Shown: piece after piece, positions 45,390 through 60,277 of the stretch
Numbering within the stretch: the first letter of the stretch is position 1
Layout: every line of letters begins with the position of its first letter
Assembly: GCF_009914755.1 (NCBI RefSeq)
Contig: NC_060926.1
Reading direction: 5' to 3' (one strand)
Length of the DNA stretch: 64,000 nucleotides
From: the human T2T-CHM13v2.0 reference genome, Homo sapiens
Made by a program: the position numbers and the translations under genes
Notes under the pieces: generated by a model
What the model was told of the DNA's origin: nothing
The model's database searches: none
Seen by the model: only the letters and a program-made list of their open reading frames with translations

Positions 45390-45942
45390 GAGTCCCATTA
45401 CTGGGTATATACCCAAAGGAATATAAATCATTCTATGATAAAGATACACACATGCGTCTGTTCGTGGCAGGCCTATTCACAATGGTAAAGACATGGAACC
45501 AACCCAAATGCCCATCAATGACAGACTGGGTAAAGAAAATGTAATACATATACACCATGGAATACTATGCAGCCATAAAAAGGAATGAGATCATGTCCTT
45601 TGCAGGGACATGGATGAAGCTGGAAGCCATTATCCTCAGCAAACTAACGCAGGAAGAGAAAAACCAAACACTGCATGTTCTCACTTATAAGTGGGAGCTG
45701 AACAAAGAGAACACGTGGACACAGGGAGAGTGTGGGGGGAGTGTTCTCCCCCCATACCCTTTTGGGGGAGGGTGTTGGGGGAGAACATTAGGGAAAAGAA
45801 CTAATGCATGCTGGGCTTAATACCTAGGTGATGGATTGTTATGTGCAGCAAACCACCATGGCACATGTTTACCTATGTAACGAACCTGCACATCCTGCAC
45901 ATGTACCCTGGAACTTAAAAAAATTAAATAATTTTAAAAAAA
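45390..45942 (+). mobile_element. 5'-truncated older L1PA/L1PB 3' end with TSD aaagattactta
   Basis: ORF2 tail [30 protein letters not shown] + 3'UTR; TSD at 45378-45389 and 45941-45952. Confidence 0.9.
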
Positions 45943-47294
45943 AGATTACTTAAAGCAAGAAACCCATATGAGAGCAGCACAGTCAGTGTTGGGAAATTCT
46001 TTTCTCTTTCCCATAATGGGGAGAGAGGAAAAAGAGCAGAGTAGGGGCTGAGATGGGTCCTACTCAGAGCCCTAGTACCATGACTCTCACGAGCTTGGGG
46101 TGGTCACCAAACCTCTCAGGGTTTTCCATCCCTGGCTTTCAGACAGGAATAAAAATAGCCAGCCAATTCAGGAGCACCGTCATGCACAACAGACCTGCTG
46201 ACCAGGCAGCACTTTGGGCTTATTTTTTTCCACTCCCATTTTGTCCAAAGTAAATTTGAGGCATGGTATGTAGCTATTTCAAGACAGCTCCATCGATATA
46301 GTCTCCACTGCTTCTTTCAACAGGTCCTCTTATGCTTCTATTTTGGGTATTTCAGGAGTGAGTCTTGCCCACTTAGTTTTTTTGGGGAAAAAAATCCATG
46401 TTCCTGGAGCTCTTGCTCTCTGAGAAAGGACAGAACATTTAATATCTTGGGAGATTTTAGACCATCACTAAATATTAAACTCCTGTTGCTATCTTTCTAT
46501 TCATGAGCTGCTTCTAGAAGTGTCATCATTTTAGAAATCCCATAATTCCAGGGGGGAAAAGCAGAGGCTAAAAATACAACAGAATCCTTGACATTGAAGG
46601 AGACACATTGTGTAGTGGTTAAAAACATGGGCTTTGCAGTCAGAGGCACGGGTTTGAATCCTGCCTCTGCCACCTGAAGCAGCTGGCCTCTCCTAGCCTG
46701 CCTCTGCAGCTACAAGACAGCGGGTCCCCCTGCCTCCTTGGTCCTCTGCGGTTGAATGAGGTAATGCTTGTTAAGTTCTGTACTCAAGAGATTGTCTGGT
46801 ATGACACTCAGCTGTTAGCTCTCCTGTTGTCACCACTGACAATCCCAAGATATGAATGAATATCCACGTGATAAAACCACTACAGTAAGTAATCCCCCCA
46901 TACATTCAGTGAGGTATAACTAAAAGTCCAAGTGTCCCCTTTAGCCCTTAATGACAGTTACTGTCTTTCACACATGAGGACAAGCAGAGAAGCCCAAAGC
47001 CAGGTGGAGATATCGACCTGGGGCTGCTGGACCCTCCTCTGAGCAGGAGTCTGCAGGACTGCTGGGTCCAGTTGCCTGGGCTGGTTACAGTCACCTGCAT
47101 GTGCTTGGCTTGAGTGGTTGAGGAACAGGCCCAGTCACTGGCTAACAGTAGACGCTGGATGCTGAATTGAGACAGGAAGGGTCTGCTGTAGTTTGCATAA
47201 CTGGCTTCTCTGTGCTCACTGAACTTGTCAAGGAACAAACACAGAGAGATGAAGGGGCTAGACTCTAGAGGCCAATGCAGGCCGGCAAGGCAGC

Positions 47295-47717
47295 AAAACT
47301 TCATCTGTACTTACAGCCACTTCCCATTGCTCACGTTAGCTCCGCCTCCTGTCAGTTTAGCAGTGGCATTAGATTCTCATAGGAGCGGGAAACCTATTGT
47401 GAACTGTGCATGTGAGGGATCTAGGCTGTGTACTTCTTATGAGAATCTAATACTTGATGATCTGTCACTGTCTCCCATCACCCCCAAATTGGACTGTCTA
47501 GTTGCAGAGAAACAAGCCCAGGGCTCCTCCCGATTCTACATTATGGTGAGTTGTATAATTATTTCATTAAATATTACAATGTAATAATAATAGAAATAAA
47601 GTACACAATAAATGTAACAAGCTGGAATCATCCTGAAACCAGCACCTCTCCCAAGTCTGTGGAAAAATTGTGTTCCATGCAACTGGTCCCTGGTGTCAAA
47701 AAGGTTGGGGGCTGCTG
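47295..47717. mobile_element. MER1A-like hAT element
   Basis: ggcattagattctcataggagc...tatgagaatctaat...ctggtccctggtgtcaaaaaggttgggg. Confidence 0.85.
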
Positions 47718-48055
47718 GGCTAGTGGATCTCATTTGATGTACATGTTCAAAAAGGCTTTTGACAGGCTCCACAAAAGGCCGTTTAAACCACCACCTCCAA
47801 GTGGCTAGAGGAAGTCCCTTTGTCAGGGCTTTGGGCTGGGTTCCTCCAAGTGTGATCTGCAGACAGACAGCTTCACATTCCCCTGAGTTTGCCTGCCACC
47901 CCTACCCAGCCCAGACCTACTGAATCAGGATCTCTGGGGTGAGGCCCAGAAATCTGTGGGACAAACTTGCTAGGTGATTTTTTAAAGTCAGGCCTATTGA
48001 AATAGAATTGCTATACTGTAATGTTTGCCCTGCAGGTAATTAATTAATTAATTAA

Positions 48056-48384
<329 letters not shown>

Positions 48385-48764
48385 TAATGTTTGAGACGCA
48401 GGCTTGTGTTACACAGAAGCAAAGGATAAATGGGCTCTTGCAAAAGTGGAAAGGCCAGGGTCCTTTTTGGAGCTGATTATCTTCCAGCTCTTCAAACTCC
48501 TGTGTGACTCTAAAGCCTGAAATCTGCTGAGGTTCTTCGTGGTAAAGTATTAGGTCAGTAGAAATACAAAGAAAGAGAAAACTTGGAATCTGTTTTGGAA
48601 CACTTCTCTAAAACTGATTGGTGAAGGGTGGACTCTGCTATGGTCTCATTTAACCCCTATTGATGGATACCTTTGCCTCTTTTTATAAATGACATGAGGT
48701 GGTGTTATAAAAATAGGTACCATAAAAAGGCAATGCAAACGAGAAACAAGTGTGTGTGGGAGAA

Positions 48765-48990
48765 ACAGCGAGAAGGAGAGAGACGGGAGAGAGGGACATA
48801 AAAAGGAAGAAGGAGGGAAGGAGACAGGAAGGGAGACAGAGAGTAGAGAGAGACGGGGTGGGGTTATGAGAGCGATAAGAGAGAGAAGGAACAGAAGAAG
48901 AGGGGAGGGAGGGAAACAGGAAGAAACAGACAGGCGGGCAGTGAGAGAGGGAAGGAGAGATTGGGACAAAGGAAAGTAAGGGTAAGGAGC
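48765..48990. repeat. GA-rich polypurine low-complexity tract
   Basis: Direct observation. Confidence 0.8.
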
Positions 48991-51900
48991 AGCAATGAGC
49001 AAAACAGGCACCAGGTTAATACACAAAGATGGATATCAGAAAATCACACGCACATGCCAAAGCTGAGGGACAAATCTAACTCTATGCCTCCTGGCAGTCT
49101 TAGCAAGGATGTATAAGGTTCATTAGATAGGAATATATATACTTGTTCTGCACAAGCTGGACAGGCTCAGCTTTCCCTAAGTCTGTGGTTGGAGAGCAAC
49201 GGTCAGAGAGCAACTTCTCTTCTTCTGCGGGTGTTTTTGAAGGGGACTTCATGTGCTGTGGTGGATGACATCCTGAACAATTTCCCAAAGAAGCATCTGC
49301 CCGTGTAAACCATCAGTTCTTTCACTTCACACAGCTCACTAAGAAGCCAGAAGAGTCCAAGCTGTGAAGAAGCTCCATGCAACAGTAACAGTGATGGCAG
49401 ATGACATGTGGTGGTCTCGCTCTGTGTATTCAGAGACCAGAGTGGAAACAAGCCTGAGGCTTAGAGTGCAAGTTCCTGGTCCTCCATAATTCCACCTGTC
49501 TGCCTCAGCCCAAAGGGCAGAGAGGATGAAGGGAGCTTGATGCTAGTGGATTATCATTAGAAGGTTGTTTATTAAAAAAAACCCTTTTCCTGACTACAAC
49601 CATGATACATTCACTCTTGAAACTTTTTCAAAAGTTTCAAGACATTTTCTCATTACAAAAGTGACATATTTTTAGGAAATTAAAATAAATCAATATATAA
49701 TAAGTACCATATTAGAGAATAAAACCCATCTGTAATCCACTATGTAGAGAGAACCATGTAAGTATACACTGCACACGAACATGCACCTAAACTTACTCTT
49801 TCTATTCTGTTACGTGCATTCTCCTCCCCGCACCCCCCCCACCATATAACCAAACTTCTTAAAAACAAGCATTTAATTCAAGTTCGAGGTTCTTTGCGCA
49901 GGGTGCTGTCCTGCCCCCACCACCCAGGAAGTTCAATGTGCACCATGTGCAGAACGGGTTCCTCTTCCACTGGCATATTTGGCAGCTTTGTAGCTTGTCA
50001 CAGGTTTTCTGATAGGGGATGTGATTCACACTTGAGACCTAAGTGGACAGGGAGGAGTGGGTCAAACCACAGTCCCAAGGGCAAGCCACACTGTGACCAC
50101 TCTGCTCTTCCTGTGCACCCTTAGGATGAGCCAGCTCCAGGAGGGGCAGCACTGGGGCTTGTGCGCCCCTAGGGTGCTGTACGAGCCTCGTGAGCTGATG
50201 TGCTTTACTAAAGCCATCTCCAACAAGTGAGGGCGGAGTAACTGTTCTCATTTGAGGGCCTTTAAAGGTGTTTGTCTTAGATCCTCCCAGACTCAGCAAA
50301 GAACACCCCAAATACCAGGGCAGGGTCAGCCCAGGCAGACAAGGCTATTCCTATGAGAGGCACTTTGGTGAAGGTAGGGGAGGGCAGGGACAGGGATGTC
50401 ACTTATTGAGTGCTTGCTAAGTGCTGGGGGCTTTCCTTACATCATCCGCCAAGTCGAGGCAGGGTAGGCGGCCTGCTTTAACCTAAGTAGTCTCCATTTT
50501 TTAGATAAGAAAACTAAACTGAAGCTTAGACAACCTTGTCAATGGGCAAGGGTTTGCTCAGTAACTTAGAGTACCATCTCCTCCTTGGGGGGCAAAACTG
50601 CCTCCAGTTATTTTATAAAAATGAGCATTACAAGGAACCCCCCAAATTCCTGGTATCTTTCCTAAGAATGATTCTCTCAGCCTCTCTCTCAGAGTCTGCC
50701 TCTTTCTTTTCTTCCTGCTTTTCTCTCTCTCCCCCTATTTTTTTCTCTATCTCCCTTCACTCTCCCTTTCCCACTCTATTGTTTTTTCTGGAAATTCAAG
50801 AAAATAGCGAGTGAGGGAAGGAAAGGCCTAGAGACTTAAAATTTAAAAAAAGAATCACTTAGAAAAGGAAGGTGGCAAAGGCCAGCAGGGAATATCCAAA
50901 GAAAGTCTCCCCAAGATGTGCCAGCTGAGGGCAGAGAAGGACTGGCACTGGCCCCCAGGACTCTGGCCCATCTCCTCCAGACACCAAGTCTGAGTAGCAC
51001 TTGGGGCTGACGATAGGAAAAGCAAATGTTCCAGGTTTTGGAACAGACCTCATATCGAGCCCACCAGCAGCTGGAGTTTCAAAGCCACTCAGTTCCTGTT
51101 GCCATGAAATTTATGAGAGGCCCCTCCAGCATGTTAACCAAACGCACATCTTGCAGACACCACTGCTCTCTGGGGAAGCTGTGAAAGCTTTGCCTAGAGA
51201 CCACAGACCCACTAACAGGGCCTGGAGCCCAACCCTACTTACAGGAAGAGGGTCTGGAATAGCAATTGAGGGGCAGGGAAATCCCCCATCCAATTCACAG
51301 GAGGGGTCTCCGTAGTTCAGAGGAGCCAGGGAGACAGCCATCTGGACAGCTCCTCCCAACAGCCCTGCTCCCCTGGGAGCAGCATCCACACCCCTGAGCG
51401 CAATCACCCCCTTTAAAAGCAGCCCTAATTGGACTTCATGCTGTGCTGGTCAGCGGGAGCCGGCTGAGCCTGTGGCTCTTAACTCTCTTCCCCAGATGTC
51501 AAAAGTTGTGAACACGTTTGCCCATTGCAGAGCTTACATCATTTACAGCCATTTCATAACTTCCTCAGATATCATGGCTAACTTTCTAACAATTTAATCA
51601 TGACGTCTGGCTTTTTAGTAGGAACTTTCAGCCAAAGTTTCTGACCTGGGACTAAATATTTTGTCTTCAGATACTACAATGGCAAAGCCAACTAATACTT
51701 TTTGGATGTCTAGGAGAAAAGGCAGTAGATTAATTTAGTAAAGATGGGAGTCAGCAGTAGCTACTGGGGAAGCTGGCGGGGGGTATAAATCTGATACTCC
51801 CAGGTATCAAGGCCTCCATTCCACCCTGAGGCCAGGCTGGAGTCACCCAAAGCTCTGGACTCAGCTCTGGGATGGGAGGCTGGCTTCAGGGCAGCAGCAG

Positions 51901-53690
51901 GCCCAGTTTACAAGGGTGGAACTCCAAGCTTGGGAGGTGATGCGTGAACCTGCAAAAGCAGCTATGGAGTGAAGGAGAGGCTGGTGCGGAGGCTTACACT
52001 CGGGTGGCAGAACTGCTAAGCCAGAGCTTAGAGAAGTAAATGGTCTAGAACCCAGTGGCTGCCCAGAGAGACTTGGTGAGCAGGGATCCTGCTCCCCTGG
52101 GCAGGTGGGGGGAGGTGAGAATAATTCTTACTTTTTGTGAATGATCCCGAAGAGGAAGGGCACTGTCAGCATCTAGTGTGGCAATGCTACTGACCTTTGC
52201 AGAGAGAGCAATGCCCTATCAAGGAAACTGATCGACAGGGGCATTTCCTGGGGCTGTGTGTGCAGGCAGAAGAACAAGAGGGTTTTCAAATGAGCAGCGG
52301 ATGTCAGCAGAGTTACGGAAAGGGAATCCCTGTCACATTTACAGTAGGAAATTGATCTCAAGTGTTACCAACTAATGAGGGGAATTCAATTTTGCTGTCT
52401 TAGAGGGGGGTGTGTGGGATGGTGGAGATGAGATAAATATAATTATGCAACTCATTCATTATTAAACCCAAGATCACTATCTTTTAAACGATGGATATAA
52501 AACCATTTGAAAACAGAGTTTAGCCTGCAGTACCATCATTTAAGAGGGAAGGGGCCTTCGTTGTAGTTAAGCAGTGAAAGAGAGAAAGGTAACTATAGTG
52601 CTACAGTTCTCTTGCTGTTCCACTTGTTCAGCTGGGTGGGGTGGGGCAGGGCCATTTTTGTCTCTATCATTCCCCAACCCCAGATTCACAATTTACTGAG
52701 AGAACTCCTATGCTTAAAAGAGAACATATTTTTCCTATAACATAATCCCTGAAAAATCTCCTAATTCTTCAGTGATCTTTTCCAATATTGACCAAATCTG
52801 ACCCTATTTGCTTTTTAACTTTCCCTGATCATACACTGACTTTAGATCCTACCCACCCCTCCATCCCCACTGAAGGGCAGAGACTCCATATTATCTCACC
52901 AAACATCAAAAGCACCCTGTGGGGTTAGCATTATTAGTCTCTATTTTTAAGATAAGAAAACAAAACTGAAGCTTAGATAACCTTGTCAATGGACATATAG
53001 CTGGAATGTAGTAGAACTGAAATTTGATCTCAGTTTTCTCTGATATTGAGATACTGAAGAGCTATAGAAAATTAGGATGCTATTCAAGTCCAGAAAGACA
53101 AATGCTGAGAAGGCACATGATCCCAACCCACAAATCACGCTGGCAGTGAGGAAGGGGAACACTTAACTAGTGAACATCTTCTAGTAATCAGAAAGGGGCA
53201 CTTTCAGGAGAAACAAGAGGAAGTATTACTTTATTTGGGGGAGGAGTGGGGAACTATACATATGGAACTTATTATTCTCACAAGGGAGCAGTGGTTGAAA
53301 ATACAGATGCAAAAGAGATTTCTACATGTCCAGGGATGATGGTTAATTGAGGAGCTGCTGGAAGTAGGGTGGTGGCTGGAACATGAGATGCTATCAGGCC
53401 TTCCACTAAGGGCAGGAACCTCTGGGCTACACAGTGCTCTTGTCCAGGAGCTCAGAGCAGGCCTAAGATGGACTTCTGAATTGCTTTTGCAGCTTCAAAC
53501 AAGATGCTGTAGGGGAAACCTAAGGGAACATCTGAGCCATTTTAATTCCCTCTGACCATTTCTCCCTTTGGGAAAAACCCAAGGGGCATCAGATGTGATG
53601 GAACCAAATTCAAACAAAGATATTGGTAAAGAAACACACAATTTAGTTTCTACTTTCCTACAAAGATACTGGTTATTGATAACACAGCAG

Positions 53691-53692
<2 letters not shown>

Positions 53693-53728
<36 letters not shown>
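53693..53728. repeat. (GT)18 microsatellite
   Basis: Direct observation. Confidence 0.95.
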
Positions 53729-53731
<3 letters not shown>

Positions 53732-56269
53732 GGGAAAAAAGATAGAGTCAGAGAAGCCCCAGTGGGGTTCATCATGCTTACTTTGAAGGCAAAAGCAGAG
53801 TTTGCATCATTTTGGTACCTTTTCATTTTCCAACAGGGAGAAGAAAATCAGATAACATGAACACAGAAGTATTTTGCCAGCTTTCAATTTTATCTAAAGT
53901 ACCTGGTCTTAGAGTTTTTAACCCAATGTAGAATTTTCTGAGGTTGGACTATGATGATGATGACATTATTATTAGGAGCAGCTACTATTGGATTGTCCAC
54001 CTACTGCAAGTGCTATGCCCAGCATTTTATAGAGCGAATTCTATTTAATCCCCACAAAAATCTTGCAAGGAAATCCTCACTATCTCATCTTACAGATGAA
54101 GAAAGTGGAGCTGAGGGGGGTTAAAGTTGTTCAATGATGCGAAGTCAGCAAATGGCAGAGCGGAAACCAGAACTCATGGTTGGTTTCCTCTAAAGCTCTC
54201 GCCCTTTCTAATACAGCACACTGTCACTTCAGAGGGCATGGTGCGTGTGTGGATGTGTGTGAGAGAGAGTTGAGAGTTAAGAAGTCCTTATGGGCATCTT
54301 CCACACACTCAAGATGACTCTCATTTGGAAAATAACAAATCAGGAATTACCAGGAAAATTTAGGGGCATTTTAGAATTAAAAGGGCTAAGAGTCCCAAGG
54401 CAAATGGCTTTAATTAGCAAAGAGGCTTTGGGAAATTAAAATAAAACCTCAGTGGAATCATGTTAAGTGCAGGCTAAAACCAGAGACTGTATCCATCCAA
54501 AGATGCACGACATACATATTTCAACTTGGCCTGTTACCTGTACCCCGACTCCCCCTGGGAAGACCACTACCTCCCCCAAAAGGCACAAGGAGGAGAGAGG
54601 CAGGTATGAGACTCCACAAGCAGCCTGCCAATCACCATTCTACATTCATTATGGATTAAAATGCAATGGAAATAGACAGGAAATATACTGGACGAAGATC
54701 ACACTCTCTGCCACTAAGCTCCTCTTCCTCCTCATGACCCCATTTCTCCAGCTCCCAGGTTGCTTCTTCTATCCCTACTACCTTGGTCTTAGTAATTTTA
54801 AGCAAAAAAAAAAAAAAAAAAAAAAAAAAATTAAGAAAATTACAGGTCACGATTTTGCTTTGAGGACTGGAAGCTAAGCCTCCCCCTTTTCTTTTAATAT
54901 GTGATAATTTGATTTCAAAGAGACAAATCATTTCCTTCTTTCATCTCTTCAAACCAGAAAGCCCCTTATTGTAATTACATCCTCTTGGTGTCAACCAGCA
55001 TTTGGAAAATACTTTACTTCCAAGTTCCATTCACAAGGTAAACAAGGAGGTTTATGTTTGGCTTTCATCAGCTGGCTTTGAACGAGAATGTGAATGGCTC
55101 TGGGAACTGGAGCCCAGTCCTGCTGGATGGGGAATTCTGTTCTGGCTTTGTTGGAGGAACAGCCCCGTTAGAGCCCAGGGCTACCTGCCTTTGCAGTCTC
55201 TGTGTGCCTCTATTCTCCTTATAAATATCAAAATTGTTAGGTAAAGTGGTTGGCAGGAAACTCTCAATCCACCCTTAGGAAAAAATGCTTCCTCTTGTTG
55301 AGTCTTTGAACCATAATCCCCTTAAACCCTCTACACTGAGCACATATAAGCGCTATTGGGATGATTGTTTTTCTAGAACATTTTATGTCCTCAGAACTTT
55401 TGACAGGTGCCTTTTTTCATCGGCAGTTTGCAGATGCCGTGTGGGTGGAAGAAGGATACTCCTCATTTTAAGTGAGGAAACTGAAGAATACAGAGGTAAA
55501 TTTAAGGCAAAGCTCAACAGTCTTAAAAACATAGAAGTGAATTTGTAGTTGGGACTATGTCCCATGACAAAGATGTGACTCTCTTTCCTATTCCCTCTGA
55601 GTTTTGTACAGATGATTTTGCTTGTCCTTAGATAAAAGCCCTTCAATCAAGATTATATTCAAGAGGAAAGAAGCTGAGATGTAAGAGAGTGGTCGAATTA
55701 TACGCAATTATTTTTTTTTATAAATTTTCGAATTTCATGAAGTGAGCATTTTAGAGTTTGAACACAACCATTTAAAATTAAAACCCCATAACACTATAAA
55801 CACAGTTAAAGCTTAACCAATTTTTATTGTTAGTGTTTTATTCACAGACAGAATTGTAGTGTTATAGAAGACTGGCCTTGAGGAATCTAGATTTAATCTG
55901 CACAAGAAAAATCATGTTACTGCCTCATGTTTTATCAATAAAAAGGAAGAAGGAGGAAGGAGACAAAATAATCATTTAGAGAAGACAGAAGATGCTTAGA
56001 AGAAAGATGTTTGGTAAGAGATGACCTCGGGCTTGGTCTCTATGGACAGAAACCTCACACACTCCTACCATAAACAACAAAATCCCAAAAGAGTACAGCC
56101 TATTTGATCCATTTCCAACCACTATACTTATGTCACTTTTTTTCTTTTAATTGAAAGAGTTCAGCTGGGAAACTGCTCTCTGAAGGAGGCAGGGAATATG
56201 CAAAAGATAAAGTGTGGGCCAGAGACTCCCAGGAGTTCCCCTAAATCCAAAGTCCTTTTTCTCCTGAGA

Positions 56270-56612
56270 ATAGAGACTACATTTCCCAGCCTCCCTTGCA
56301 GTTAGGTGTGACCATGTGACCAGGATATATGGCCAGTGGATCTCAGCAGAGGTAACATGCTCCACTTGCAGGCTTGGTCCATAAGAACCTCCCGGTGTGA
56401 CCTCCCTTTGTCTTTTCCCAGCTGCTGTCTGATTAGAGAGGCTCCTGCAGGACATGGAGGAGGGAGGAGCCACAGGATGGAAGAAGCCTGGGTCCTTGAA
56501 TAAGCACATGGAAAGAAGTCTGCAGGGCCAGGAAAACCTGCAGAGCCTTTGACATGAGCAGGAAATAAACAATATTCAGGGTTTATCTGTTACAGCAGGG
56601 AGTGTTACTCTA
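56270..56612. mobile_element. MLT1-family MaLR LTR fragment
   Basis: actacatttcccagcctcccttgcagttaggtgtgaccatgtgac...gagcaggaaataaac. Confidence 0.7.
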
Positions 56613-59600
56613 ATGCCAAGCCTGAAGTCTGGCATTAGGGGTTGGTTAGAGAATTTCTGATGTGGGATGAATCCTCACAATAAATCATATCCTTTTCTCT
56701 CTTTCTCTGTCTCTTCTGGGAGCCTCATCCAAACATCAACATGCCCTGTGCTTACAATCTGAAGTCAATCTGGCCCTGATTGGGAGGCTCCACTTTGAAA
56801 CCCTGGTCCCCAGCTTAAGGTCTGTTCTGTCCGTTCTCCATCCTGGAGGGATCAGGTCGACCTTCACAAACCTCTCCAGGAGTAGTAACAGTCTTTTGGG
56901 GTGAGGAGTGAGATCAGCTTTGTAATTGAACAAAGTGTGGATGGGGCAAAGGCTGCTTCTGCAACTCTATAAAACAAAATATAAAATGGTGCCGCCACAA
57001 TTGACAGCAGGCAGGGCACAACTGTTTTGATGGAAATGCTATACAGCTGATGCAAATATACTGCATTCTCAAAACCCTCTGGGCAGAAATCGCCAAGGCA
57101 GGACAGCATGGTAACTACTATAACATCAATCTTCTTGACATAGAAGATGGATGCCCTACAGTTCTCCAAATGGCCATGATCATGTATCTCACCAGCTGCA
57201 AAATCTTAAATCGATACCACTGGAAAAAAAAAAAGCATGACCATCCTGGCCCAGAATATCTTGATCATATCTTGTTATAACTGGGAACTTCTCATCCATC
57301 CATTCTTTAGTTTTACTGGCAATGTGTTACACATCAAACAACTTTTTATAACAGCCCCCACAAGGGATTTTATAATTTGTTATTTAAAAGTTATGCATCT
57401 TCATTGTATAATTTTTGGAAATACAAATATCCTAAGCAAATGACTTGCTGTCTTATCACTGAGAAGAAATAACCTGTGTTTAGAAAACATTTTACAAATG
57501 CTTATTATTTTTAGTAGGTTGCCTTTTTTGTCTTTTGTATAAAAGATCATGTTTCTTTGACTTCTTTCCCCTTTTGTGGTGATTTAGAATATAAATACTC
57601 TTTTTAATTTGTTTACATTTTAAAAAAATTTAGTTTATTTTCTCAATTATCAATGTTAAAAATGAAATTTGATGTGTCATTTGATAAAAAATTAGCATGC
57701 TTACTTCCTCCTTCTTTTTCTTCCCAGTTACCAGTTTTTATTTGTCATCTGATTTCATATCCTCATTATTTTATATATAAAACTTATATTTCAGTAATTA
57801 ATTTTGACATCTGTACTAGTATAACTAAACTGACAACAGTTGCTTGGACACATTATCGCTGGTTTTGAAAAAATTATATCCTCCCCATTTGGGGGTTTTT
57901 ATCTTGATATAGCTGTTATCTAGTTGAAGAGGCTCTTTGGACATTTTTTCCAGGAAGGGCATGTGAAAAGTATATCCATATAACGAAATATTATATGTCT
58001 GAGAACATCTGTGTTTCATTCATGTACATGGCTTTGCATATGAATGACAACTTGGGTCATGAGCTTTGGACCCCATAGGCCTCCCACCACTGACTTCTGG
58101 CTTGTAGTTGATGAAAAAACTGAAGCTAGATTTACTATATTCCTTTGTAACCTGCTTTTATTTTCACTTCAGTGCTTATAAGACCTTTTCTTTGCAATGA
58201 GAACTGGTTAAATTACCCTGAAGTTAATGCTTTCAATCTTAAGGACAAGTCTTTTTCAGCTTAAGAAAGTTCTCTTTAATGATCTTTGATGATTGTGTCA
58301 GCCTTAGTTTTCTTTTTTCCTTTTGGAATTATCTGTATATTGGATCACCGGGTCCTTTTTTCCTTTTTTTCTCATTATTTTTGTTTTTCAGTCCTGAGTT
58401 CTGGGAGAAATTTTCCAGCCCATTAAAAAAAATTACTGACTTTACTGTGATATCTAATCTTCTGCTCATTAGTGTATTATGGATTTAAAATTGGTCACCA
58501 TATTCTGTCATCTCTTTGTAGCTGTTTCTTACTTGTTTCATAGATGCAGTGTCAGCTTCAGTCTTGAAGACATAAATTAGATTATTCAATATCTTTACCC
58601 ATTTCTTAGGAATAGAGGCATTAGTTGAAATTCCTCAAAAAATCTTCTCATATGATGAAATCCTTTCTTGTGGCCAGCGATTTCTTGCATCATCATCTTT
58701 ACAGAGAAAGATCTGCTTTCGTGTAGCATCATGGGGAGTTAATTTGGGCTTCAACAGAGACAATGGCCCTATTCAATATTTTGGGGCTAGATAAAGACAG
58801 AAAAGGGGAAGTTTAACTGTAGCGCCTTCAAATACCTAAGAAATCTATTTGGTAGAAGCAGGAGACAACAGGTACACACCAAAGAGTTTTCTCTTTTCCC
58901 CTGTGTTTTCCAGACATTCATGCCATGCCAGTAGTGAGAGCTGACTGAGTTTGTCACTTATTGTGGCCTTGACTGTGTCCTTTCTTAAGGCATTGGCAGG
59001 ATCCAGATGGCCTGCCCTCACCCTCATACCTTGGCCTTCCAAGGTTGGGCTGTTTGGGTGATTCTGCTCCTGACAATCCTGTCTTCCAGAGGAGTGATTG
59101 TTGGACTAGGGTAGGAGGGCTGCCACCTGCACGCTCACTGGCAGAAATTCTTCAGAGCTTCTAGTACTGATATACATTTAGAAATGGTTTCATATTTCAC
59201 AGATCATTTCAGTGAGTGTCCAAGGGTAGATTGGACTAAGGGAGGAGTAAACGTGGTATGCTGTAGTGTTAATTTCCCTGGAAACCCTTTGCTTATGGAC
59301 GTTTTCTACATTATATGCCCACATGGTGACCAATATAACAGTGCCTCGCCACCCCCACCAACCACTTAAAAAGTTTCTCCATGAGGCTATTTTAAAAATG
59401 AGTGCATTCTCAGTTCTCTCTATGGGAATCCCCAGCAAAGCATCAGCTAGTATTTTTGCATGCTCAAAGAGTGGACTGATTTCCGTTGGTGGATATCTGA
59501 GCCTTCCCTGGATAATATCCCCCAGAGCTGCAACCCCCCTCCCTCTCTCCAAGGTGTGCCAGGATTCCCCGTGAGGAAAACTCCATGCCAACATTCCTGC

Positions 59601-60277
59601 CTCTTCCATGATCTAAAGGCTCTGCCTCATAAAAAAGTTGGGAATTCCTGGTTTAAATCCCCTGGGCTAAGTGTAAATCAAGCAACTTGGAGCTCTGCTC
59701 TTACAAGGAGAAATGTTGGGGGATTCCAGAAACACCAGGGTCATTTTACCTCTTAATAGTTTCTCCAAGCCATACTGGTTCAGAAGCAAAGACCTCATAG
59801 TTCCATGAAAAATTTGTTTTTCCTCAAAACTAAAAGAAATGAAGCCCTAAGGGTCTCATTTCACAAAATTCTCCCCTAGTCCAGAAGTGAAATATCAAAG
59901 AGTTGGAGGTACTCACAGCTAACTTTCTACCCAGTCAGGGTTCTGCATATGGTGTCCCTGGGAGAGGACACCCAGCCTGTGCTCTACTCTTCCAGTACTC
60001 AGGGGCTCAGTCTCTAAGGTAGTACTAAGTACTACTGCCCCAAATAGAATGAGCTGCCTTAGTACTGGCATTCTATTTGGGCAGATTATTGCTAGGAGGT
60101 TCTTCCTTAAACACATTAACATCTGCCTCCCAGAAACCTCTGTGTATTGTTTTGAATTCCATCCTTGGAAGCCACACAGAATAAGTCTCCCTCTTCTATA
60201 CAGCAGTCCTTTCCCATTTCTATAGTCAGCCACCAAACCTCTGGGTCTTTGTGGTCCTAAACTCCCCTTGACATCCA

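Noticed and set aside
54804-54830. Orphan A27 tract as a retroposed tail
   Set aside because: No upstream element body and only a 5-bp ttaag flank repeat; slippage is sufficient.
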